Shown here: one piece after another, positions 38,765 to 49,243 of the stretch
Numbering within the stretch: position 1 is the first letter of the stretch
How the letters are laid out: each line of letters opens with the position of its first letter
Source: Ministeria vibrans ATCC 50519
Lineage: Eukaryota > Protista > Filasterea
Assembly (NCBI GenBank): GCA_943704425.1
Contig: CALSCP010000733.1
Location: 65,872-129,871 of the forward strand
Reading direction: 5' to 3'
Length of the DNA: 64,000 nt
Notes under the pieces: model-generated
The model's database searches: none
What the model was told of the DNA's origin: nothing
Seen by the model: the letters and a program-made list of their open reading frames with translations, nothing else
Translations under genes and position numbers: made by a program

Positions 38765-40614
38765 ATGAAGTGGAGTCGGGTTGCGCTGCTCCTGAGCACG
38801 CTCTGCCTTGGCGCTGTCCTCGTCGTCTGGTCCGACAAGGCACGGGTACTCCAGCTCCACCGCACTCCCCCACTCTCTTCTTTGTTTTTCCTTCTTTCAA
38901 TCGCATGACACAAATGAGAAAATATTACACTGAAATTCAGACACGCGAGGAATCTTTTAAAACCCCCTTTTTTTCTCACAGGACGTTCAAGACATTCTCT
39001 ACGGCACCAACAACGACAAGGTAGGAACAAGTCAGGCTCATCACGCTCTCACCACAGACGAACGTCTCTTTTAAGAGTATAGATGCGACACATTAACTCA
39101 TTGAAATTTCTCTCTGTCTCTCTCTCCTTTTTTTTTTTGAATAGGTTGAGATTGTCTCAGAGCGAATTGATCTTGTGCGCAGCGCAGCGGCGTCGGCAGT
39201 GGACGCACCCTCGACGGGGGCTAAGACGACGCGCAGCCTGCGGCCCGGGCTCACCATCATCGTCAAGACGATGGGGGACACGCAGCGTGTGCTGGTGCTC
39301 TGCAAAGAGATCCGCCACTTCTATCCGAGCGTCGACATTCTCATTGGCGATGACGGCCAATCGGCCATTCCCGCCGACGCCAAAGCCCACCTTGCCCGCC
39401 TCAAGGTGAAGTACTTCATTCTGCCGCTGGACGCGGGTGCGTCGGTGACGCGCAACTATCTCATGGACAGGACAGAGACAGAGTTCTTCTGCACTGTCGA
39501 CGACGACTACATCTTCACCGAGCACACCCGCCTCGAGACGCTCATGGACACCCTCAAGCAGAACCCCTCCTTGGTGTTGGCGGGCGGCGCCGTGTCAGAC
39601 CGTGTTGATCTTTGTGCTCGAATGGTCATTGAAGACACGGTAACACAATCATAATAACACGATGATGAATTTAATATTTTGGTAACATTCTTTGTTTTTC
39701 GTTTTTTCTGTTTTCAGATCCTTCTCCTGGTTCCCGACTATCATGCAAAACTCAAGGGCGGTTGTCTTGTGTGCGATTTTATTGCACAATTCTTTGTTGG
39801 TCGCACCGAAATGTTACAGCAGGTAAGAGTTACTATGCTCTTTAGTTTTTTCTCATTCGCCCTCGTCGTGCAGGTTCGTTGGGACGATCAACTGAAGACG
39901 GGCGAGCACGAAGAGCTCTTCTTGCGTTTGCGCGAAAAGTTTCCGTACAGTGCCGGTTTTTGTCCCTCTGTGAATGTTGGACACAAACAGCGCTCGTGGA
40001 ACGAACGAAAGAGCTCGCGTGTTGGCAATAAGTAAGGGGCAAGAGAAGTACATGTGGATTCTTCAATTTCAACAGTGAAATGAGTGGGATTTTGTCGTCT
40101 GTTTACTCTTCTCATCTGCTGCTCTCTTTCTCAGCACCTATATGGAACTGCGCGATCGAGGAATCAAGTACATCAACATCTCTCTGGCGCAACATGGTCT
40201 CACTGGCATTGGCTACGAGATTGGCGAGAAGATTATTGCGCACGGTGATGTTGGAACCGAACGAGTTTCGTTTCTCTTGCAAAAGGTCAGAACCCCAAAG
40301 TACAACCCTAATAGATCACTGACTGAACTGCATTCTCTTTTCGGTAATAGCACCGCTCGAGCGGTGTTGTCATTGACGAGAGCGAGGCGCTGTTTCCACC
40401 GCGATGTTCGAGCAAGGCTGTGCGGTCGGTTGTGCACAAGGACTCATTGAAAAAGTGGTGTGAGGACATTAGCTTGTGGACCTTTGAAGACATTCCCGAA
40501 GTCGAGCTGTTTATCAATGCGCCTGATTTCAAGGTAATATTATAATAGTATTCTATTTTTTTCCTTTTATTATTATTATTGTTATTATTATTATTATTGT
40601 TATTATTATTGTTA

Positions 40615-40659
<45 letters not shown>

Positions 40660-43537
40660 GTATTAGTATTATTATTATTATTATAATATCAATATTGATT
40701 GTATCATACATGTGCGTCTTTTAGATTCTCGCTCGTGAACGAACGGAGATTTATCGCATCTCACAGGCGATTTTGCGCATGCACTCGGCCATGGCACGCG
40801 AAAAATTTGAGTATCAGAACTTTGTGCGTGCGGAGCGTCGTGTGGATCCGCTGCACGGAACTGAGTGGCAAATCCGCATGCGCGTGCGGCCTCAAGACGG
40901 CGAGTCGAGTGCGCGCGAAGAGACATTTGTCATGATGGAGACAATTGAGAAGAAGAATGCCGTCTTTGTGCAACTGCAGCAGTCCGAGGCGACCCGTGTG
41001 AACTTTGTCGTGCCCATCTTCAATGCCTTTGAGCGACTGCAGCGCCTCGTCGAAAATGTTCGGCGCATGTCGCCCGAGCCACGTCTGGTCATTGTCGACT
41101 ATGGCAGTACCGATGGCAATGTGAATCAGCTTCTCAAGAAGTCGGGTGTGGATCATCTCTTTATCGACATTCGCGGTCAGAAGTTTAGCCGAGCAGGTGG
41201 TTTGCAGGCGGGCATCAATGCGGTGTCGAACAGCGAGCTCATCTTCACACTCGACGCGGACATTGACATGCCCGCCAACCTCGTCTCCGTCATCCATCGC
41301 CACGTCGTCAAGGGCAAGCAGATCTTTGCACCCGTTGTTTTCTCCTTTTACAAGGGTCACGACAAGATTTCTCTCAAGGCTAAAGGTAAAGAGTGGAAAA
41401 AAACGAAAAAAAATTAGCGACAACAATAATAATAAACGATGCAATTTGTGTAGGATACTGGAATCCGTCTTACAATGTGGACAAGCACGGCTGGTGGCGC
41501 CGTGAAGGGTTTGGTATGATTGCCGCCTACAAGTCAGATGTGCTCTTCGTGGGCGGATTTGATCTGATGAAGTTCCAAGACAAGTACGAAGCAGGAAGAA
41601 CAGTTGGGAGAGTCATCTAACAACTTTCATTTTAGGTGGGGAGGAGAGGACATTGACCTTGTGACGCGCATGATGCACAGTGGTTACAAGATTTGGCGAT
41701 CGCTCGAGCCCAATTATTATCACAATTTCCACCCACGCACTGCCTGGGGTGGCCATGTCAATGCCCAAGTGCCTTTAAAGGTCAATCATGTGTTTTTTTT
41801 TCTCTCTGTGTGTTCATAATTGAGTTAATAGTAATAATTGTTTTTGTATAGATTTTTGTGTATGATCTTCCGGAGGAATTTAATGTGGCTCCACTGGCAC
41901 TGAACCAAGCGCATCTCCACGACTGGCCGCAAAAGTACAAGATGGGTCGCGACGAATGGGACTGCACCAAAAGCATGTTTTCCATTGAAGTCAAGTTTCA
42001 TCAAATGTACGCAGTGTGATTGTGTGTTTGATGTATATTTTTATATTATTTAATTTTTATATTTTTATTATTCTTATTTTATCACTATTATTTTATTATT
42101 ATTATTGTGTGTGTATGTGTGTAATTGTGTGTGTGTGCATGATTATATTTATAGAGTATTATAATTATATATATTTTGTGTGTACGTTCCAACCTCAATT
42201 TCTTTCTTTCCCATGGTAGGCTGCTGAAGTCGCCGTTTGTCACGACCGAAGCAGCAGAGGCAGACCTGTTTTACGTGCCCATCTACAGCGTGTGTCTGCT
42301 CAACCACAACCTGCCTCTCAACGCCTCCTACTCGGCCATTCAACATAATCACGCCGTCAAATGGATTAGCGAGAAGTTTCCCTTTTGGAACCGAACTTTG
42401 GTAAGCAAATGAACGGCATGGTTATACAAAATTGTCATCATATCTTTTGTAAACTATTTTTGTGTATTTGATAGGGTACCGACCATATTTTCGTGTTGGC
42501 GCAAGGTCTGGCGCGCAATCTGCTGGGGAATGACAATGGACTGGGAAACACCATTGCGCTTACTGTCAATTCTGATCTGTCTCCGCCCCCAAAGACGTAA
42601 GGAAAAGAGGCGAGAAAGAGAGAGAGAGAGGAAGCAGGAAGAAAGAGATGAATATTTTTTTGATTGCGAGTGTGTGAACTGACTTGGCAATGTAGAATGA
42701 AACATGCGTTCTACCACCCGTGGAATGACATTGCGATTCCGCCTTTCTTGCATGACATGACGCAGTTCACCAATGTGGACCATTCTCAGCGCAACTACAA
42801 GGTCTTCTTCAGCGGATCCATCAAGCCCTGGAATCTCGCGTATAGCAAAGGTGTTCGACAGGTACATAAACAGAAACAGAGATAGGGGGGAGGGAAAAGA
42901 AGAACAAAGTGGTTAGAAGACATCGTGATAGAGAGAGAGAGAGAGAGAGAGGAGGGAGAAAGAAACAAAGCGATCGAGAGAGAGCATTCTGTCAGAGACT
43001 CACTCACTGGTAATGCATAGTACATTGCAAAGCACTATGCCAACCAGACCAACTGGTACGTGCACCAGCGCACTACCAATCTCTCTCCTGAGCTGCGCGG
43101 TCAGTTTGTGTCGGCTATTCGTCACTCTGTATTCTGCATTTGCCCCGAGGGCCTCTTTGCATACACTCCGAGAATTACCGAGTCCATTCTCAGCGGTACG
43201 CACACACAAAACGCAGATCCAGTTTATTCACTCACTCACCTGTGTACGGTCAGGATGCATTCCCGTGCTGATGAGCGAGTCACTGGTGCATCCCTTCAGC
43301 AACCTGATTGACTTCAGCACGTTCACCGTGCAACTGGCGCCCTCCGATGTCACGCGTCTCCCGCAGCTGCTCTCCGAGATCAGCGAGAGTGAAATTCGCG
43401 CAAAGCAGCGGGTCATCCAGTCCATCGCCCCCATGTTTCTCTACCACGACACTCCCATCCCGGGCGACGCCTTCTACTCCATCATGGACCAGCTTGCCGC
43501 TAAGAAGCTCCCTATCAAGCAACCGACCGCCAACTAA
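38765..43537 (+). CDS. Three-domain glycosyltransferase: B4GALNT1/2-like (GT2/GT12 fold) + CHGN/GT7-like + exostosin GT47; type II membrane, multi-exon
   Basis: Anchor MKWSRVALLLSTLCLGAVLVVW. Domain 1: LTIIVKT...ILIGDD...ASVTRN...VDDDYIF...KTGEHEELF. Domain 2: FSRAGGLQAG, LDADID, FAPVVFS, WRREGFG, WGGEDIDL. Domain 3: KIFVYDLP, ADLFYVP, PFWNRTLGTDHIF, FCICPEG, ESILSGCIPV. The linking exons splice in frame. Confidence 0.87.
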
Positions 43538-43616
43538 TCATATCACTCACACACGCACATTCACATTCACACACACACACTTTCATATTCGATAAACTTT
43601 TTTTCAACGTGAAAAT

Positions 43617-44108
43617 TTACAGTAAACAACAGTGGGATGAGGGAGACGGAGAGGACGGTGGGGTGGCAGGAAGCAAGTCGGTGGCTGTGAGGACGGCAGC
43701 GAAGAATAGACGCGACGGAAGAACCGAGTGCGACTGGACATAGTGGGCAAAGCCATCGGGCCAAGCGATGGGGAGCACTGCGTCACTGCTACTGCTGTTG
43801 GGGGTGGGGCGCATGAGGAACTCACGCGCGCCGTTAGTGCAGCCACAGAGACGGCATGTGGAGGGGGCCCCGTAGGTGTATGCAGAGGGGGCCAGGGATT
43901 GTTCGAGGCGGCGTAGACGCGCCAACCAGCGGTCTCGGTCGCACCAAAGTGTCTCGGGTTGTGGCGCGGGGAAAGGGTAGCAGCCATGATAGGCGTCGTT
44001 GGTCGCATCCGCACTATCCCCCCAAAATCCTTCCAGATACGCCTTTTCGCGCGTGTTCCCGACGGGTGGTGTGTCACGGTCAAACGTTGCCGGCTCCAAG
44101 ATCGTCAT
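43617..44108 (-). CDS. Small intronless putative metal-binding protein (CxxC...HxxxH)
   Basis: 163-aa ATG-initiated ORF with EGFW, YGAPSTCRLCGCTNGAREF and WPDGFAHYVQSHSVLPS. Confidence 0.7.
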   Translation of the reverse strand: MTILEPATFDRDTPPVGNTREKAYLEGFWGDSADATNDAYHGCYPFPAPQPETLWCDRDRWLARLRRLEQSLAPSAYTYGAPSTCRLCGCTNGAREFLMRPTPNSSSSDAVLPIAWPDGFAHYVQSHSVLPSRLFFAAVLTATDLLPATPPSSPSPSSHCCLL

Positions 44109-44131
44109 TCTCAGTCTCTCTCTCTCTCTCT

Positions 44132-44165
<34 letters not shown>

Positions 44166-44218
44166 ACTGCTCTCTCTCTCTCTCTCTATCTCTATCTCTT
44201 TCTCTCTCTCTTTAGAGT

Positions 44219-44745
44219 CTACTTGGGGTAGCGAAACGTGCGCAGTCGCTTGCGTTCCTCCCGCACAAGATCGACAAAATCGGATGCGCCAAGTGGATCG
44301 CGTTTGGTCACTGGAACGCGCGCTGAGACGTACGGAAGGAGCTGCAACGGAGGGCGCGTGAGTTGTAGCGCAGTGTGCGTCATGTGCCAGCCCGACGGCG
44401 CGTCAGCTCGAGCGGTTCACAAGACAAACTGACATTTGTCTTTTTCCTCTTTTTTTTTTCTCTTTTTTTTCCCCTCTTTTCTTTCTCGTACTCGAAATTC
44501 AGTCAAATCCGGCACCACGATTTCAGGAATGAGACGTGGATTGATAAGATACTGTCCTCTGGTGGTGTGGAAACCCGTTCGCTCCGCTCGATTTCCTACA
44601 CAGAGTCGAAAGAGAGAGAGAGAGTGAGAGAGAGTGAGTGAAAAGCCAAACGAGACAAGAAGAGACGCTTACCTTTGAAGTAGTGTTTGTTGCCTTCCTT
44701 TGTGCCCATTCGCAGTCGATGAGCTCGACTGAACACGCCTCTCAT
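44219..44745 (-). CDS. MRPL41: Mitochondrial large-subunit ribosomal protein mL41 (three exons)
   Basis: Spliced translation MRGVFSRAHRLRMGTKEGNKHYFKGNRAERTGFHTTRGQYLINPRLIPEIVVPDLTEFRLLPYVS matches the mL41 pattern GNKxYxKG...VVPDL...LxPYVS. Confidence 0.88.
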
Positions 44746-44869
44746 TGAGTAGTAATTAAAATTAATGTTTGAAAATATTCATTATTCACAAAAGTCATAA
44801 CTCATACGATATACTGTCATAGTTAATAGTATCAAATATTTATCTGCATTCGAGCCGTAATCTGTCGCC

Positions 44870-46759
44870 ATGGTCTCGTTTACAAACCGGGACATGAAGG
44901 TGATGGTTGGAATTGGCGCTGGATGGACCATTGTCGTGTTTGCCGTCTTCTTTGCTCGCACCGGCGAAATGGCGTCGCTCCAGGCGCATTCCCAAGAGCC
45001 ACTGGGACCCTTGGTAACAATGCTATTAAGTGATGGTGTGTGTCTTAAAGTGGCGTGGCACAACAGTCGCACAATCTAAAACGGAACGGTCACGCAGAAT
45101 GACCAAGTGGCTCTTGCGCCGAATACACACTCGCCTGCTGATGCTATGGCCCACTCCTCGACAGCCGAGTGTCTGCACATCGATCCCCAGCTCTCAGGGT
45201 CGCCCGCAACTGATCTGCAGCGCTCCCGAGCCAAAGGCGGTGCGATTGTGACGCGCGCCAGATCGTTCTATGCTCTGCTGGAGGGAGTCTTTGACGAGCG
45301 CGGGTGGACAATGCGGCCACGACGCAGCCGAGAGCAAGTGAGGGCTAGTGGGAGATCTGTCAACGACCTTGATAGCGACGTGAGTGCAACAAGTGTGTAT
45401 GTGTGTGTGTGTGTGTGTGTTGTGAGTGTGTGTGTGTGGGTTATGTGTCTGTGTGGGTTGTGTGTGCGCGTATCGTCCTTATGTGTGTGTGCTTCTGTTC
45501 TGTCTAGGTTGCACTCGCTTGGTGGGACAACTTCAGTACGAAATATTTCACCAAGTTTGTTGGAAAGATGTTTATCGCATACATCGAGGTGAGTGCGATG
45601 GTATAGTATAGTGGGTGTCAGACTCGTTCTAATGCGATGCATTTTTTGTGGTGGGTGGGTTTTTTTAGGGCATTGGTATGAGCGGATTGGGCGGAATGAA
45701 ATCGGACCAGTTTGCAGTGAAGCGGGAGTACCTTCGCTCCAAGGGCTGTGAAGTGACATTTATGCCACTTTCCTATGACATGAGCACGGCGGAAGACTGT
45801 CGTGACTTTTGGAAAGACTGGAAAGCGAATGAGAGTGCGCGAAATGCGCTCTGGCTCGTCAAGCCTGACATGTCAGAACTCACAAGAGAAAGAGAAAGGG
45901 AGGATAACGACTGATAGAGTGTACATATAGACATGGCGGAGGACGAGGCATATCGGTGGTGCAAGGAGAGGCGTCGCTCAAGACTGCACTGGGGGCCCTT
46001 GGGGAGTGTGCAGGAACAAAGGAACAGAACGGGCGCACTGGCGTCAAAGGGACAGATGCACGAGTGGTCCAGCGCTATTTGGTGGATCAGCTTCTCTTGC
46101 AGCAGCGCAAGTTTGACATTCGCCATTATATGTTGAGTAAGTATGCGTTGTGTGTATGCGTATGTGGCATGTTATGTGCTGTTGAAAAGTGGCACACACT
46201 TCCTCTCATTTTGCTCTTACTCATTTCTCTCTCTTTCTCTCCCCCTCCTTCACTTGTTTTCGCTACAATTTTGTTCATATATGTCTGTCTGTTTGTCTGT
46301 TTAATTTTTTTTTCTTTCAGTTGCGAGCACTCGGCCCTTTCTCGTGTTTCATCGCTATGGGTTTCTGCGTCGCTCCATTGTGCTCTTCAACGAGTCGTCC
46401 TCTTCCAATGCAACCGATGACTCTTCTTCAGCTTCCTCTGCGCTCTATCGCGCACAGCACATTGTCAATACGGTCCTTCAGCTCAAGGCGGGTCAGGATT
46501 CCCTCTCAGACGCACAGGTCTTAATGGTTTCTATGTCTGTCACGACTCTTCACATTGTATCGTTTGTGATTGTAGTGTGTTTTTTGGATGTTGTTTTCTC
46601 TCTCCACCTCTCTCTCTATATACCTTTGTTTTTTTTTGTTTTTTACTTTTTATNNNNNNNNNNNNNNNNNNNNNNNNNNNNNNNNNNNNNNNNNNNNNNN
46701 NNNNNNNNNNNNNNNNNNNNNNNNNNNNNNNNNNNNNNNNNNNNNNNNNNNNNNNNNNN

Positions 46760-46851
<92 letters not shown>

Positions 46852-47393
46852 GCACACTCATTCTCTCGCTTCTTCTAGAATGCGATTTGGCTGATGAGTG
46901 ATCTGCAGCGCTATCTGAGTGTGACACACAATCTTCCATCCGACTATGTGCGCTCCGTTCTCACTCCCAAACTGCGCTCCATTGCCCGTTTGGTCTTTGA
47001 CGCCAGTAAGTCCCGATTAGTCCGCCACAATGGCACCTTTCAAATGGTTGGACTTGACATAATGCTCGACTCTCACTTTAACCCACATCTCATTGAAGGT
47101 ACAACAAAAAGAACCGATACACATTCTGTTCACTCATTTTTTTTTCTTCAGCCAATCAAAATCCTGCAGCTCAAAACTTCACAGCAGGCCAACACAAACT
47201 GCACTCTGATCTGTATAATGACTTGTTTGACCTGGAAACGGAGCTCATGCTGAACCCGTCGGACAAACTGAGTCAGTTGCGCGAAGGAGAGTCGCTCTTT
47301 GGATGGGAGTTGGTCTACAATGAGAAGCACGCGCTGTGTGGCATCGACTCCTTTGATCCGTGTCAAGCACAACGTGATCTGCTTCTCCCCTGA
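44870..47393 (+). CDS. Tubulin-tyrosine-ligase-family ATP-grasp protein with N-terminal signal anchor (multi-exon)
   Basis: Hydrophobic segment VMVGIGAGWTIVVFAVFFA; motifs WLVKP..HGGGRGI, VVQRY, RKFDIRHYML, HIVN and FQMVGLDIMLDSHFNPHLIEANQNP (ExN intact). Confidence 0.85.
46654..46759. other. Assembly gap (N run) in an intron, next to a (CT)n tract; a second 9-N gap lies at 28845-28853
   Basis: N characters in the sequence. Confidence 0.99.
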
Positions 47394-47532
47394 CCCCTTC
47401 AGCAAATTATTCCTCTATTTTGTATAAAGACGACGTAATAATAATCGTAATTTATTCACTCAATCGATGAGTTCAATCCAGGTTTATTTATATCAGATCA
47501 CTTTCTGTAATTAACGTTTATAATCGGCTAGC

Positions 47533-48106
47533 ATGTCCCACCACCCCAAAGACAACATTAGAAGCCGCGTGGATCGCTCGCCAGTGCCCAGTACGTTTGC
47601 TGTTTCCCCTTTTTTCGTTTGCGCGCGAAATCGTTTCTTCTCACTCAGTCACACACACACACTCTCTCTCTCTCTCCTTTCATCTTTCTCAGCTCCGTGC
47701 AAGACAGAACCGTGTCTGTTGGGCATCGACGAGGCTGGCCGTGGACCAGTGTTGGGTATGTCAAAGGAAAATGCGTTTTTTTTGAAACATTGATATAATA
47801 ACGTCTTATTATTTGACTGACTTCTCTTTTGTGTGACTCACTCACTCATTGCAGGTCCGATGGTGTACGGCATCAGCTACTGCCCTGTGAAAGACAACGA
47901 CCGCCTGTGCAAGATGGGCTTCGCGGACTCCAAGACGCTCAACGAGGAGCAGCGCGAGGGACTCTTTGCCGACATTGAAGGCGCATCGGCCTTTCTCGGC
48001 TACTCTGTCCACATCCTGGCGCCCCAGGAGATCTCGCGCGGCATGCTTGGACGGTACGGGCGCCGTTCTCTTGTGCCTGCCTGCGTTGTCGACTGACCTG
48101 TCCTCC

Positions 48107-48171
<65 letters not shown>

Positions 48172-49154
48172 CGCCAAGTACAATCTTAATGCGCTGTCAC
48201 ACGACACAGCCATTGGGCTCATTCGACACGCCCTCGAAGACGGAGTCAACGTCACAGAGGTACACCCACGCTGTGTTGAGACTGGTGCGCTCTCTCTGCA
48301 CTCATGTGAACACTGTAGGTCTACGTGGACACTGTGGGTAAGGCAGAAACGTACCAAGAGAAGCTCGAGAAGCTCTTTCCCAACATTGCTATTACTGTCT
48401 GCCCAAAGGTACATGAGAGGCGCAGTATGTTCTCACGTCAGCGTGGAAGAGGAGGGAAGAGGGAGAGAAAGTCACAAAATGATGGAGAGAGAGGGACGAA
48501 AGAGAAAGAAACAAAGAGACAACGTGAGAGAGAATTGCATGTTGACCGCGCATACGTGTGTGTGTGTGTGCGTCTTCTAGGCGGATAGTAAGTACCCGAT
48601 TGTCAGTGCTGCCTCGATTTGCGCAAAGGTCACGCGTGATCGAGTTTTGCAGCGATGGTCATTCGCAGAAAAGTCCCTGGAGGTAAGTCTCAACTGTTGA
48701 CTAGTACTTTCCTCTCCCTCAACGACAAGTGGACCTGAATCCTCACCCAAATTCTGATGGGTTTTCCCTGCCAGGGTGCATCTGTTGAGTTTGGCTGTGG
48801 CTATCCATCCGACCCTAAAACACAGTCGTGGCTTCGTGAGACGTGCCATCCCGTCTTTGGCTTTCCGGGAATAGTGCGCTTCAGCTGGTCCACCGCTGTC
48901 ACCCTCGTCGATAAGAACTCGGTCAAAGTACGATCACACGAGTGCCCCCGCCCCCTCACACACTTATACATGCTCCTCCACCCACCCGCAATCAGGTTTT
49001 GTGGGATGACGATGAGTCCTTTGACGACACTGATGCGCTTGAGAACGGCTCGTCCATTAGTGACTTTTTCCCCTCTCAGTCCAAAGTCGGTCCTATTCGC
49101 GTTCGCCATCGCTTCTTTCACCATCGCTCTCTCCACCACACAACCGACTTCTGA
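47533..49154 (+). CDS. RNASEH2A: Ribonuclease H2 catalytic subunit A (multi-exon)
   Basis: [88 protein letters not shown]. Confidence 0.96.
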
Positions 49155-49243
49155 CTCAAACTCCAAACACACACACGCACACACTTTCTCATTTTAATTG
49201 TATAATTGTACCACACACACACTCTCTCTCTCTCTCAGTCCGT

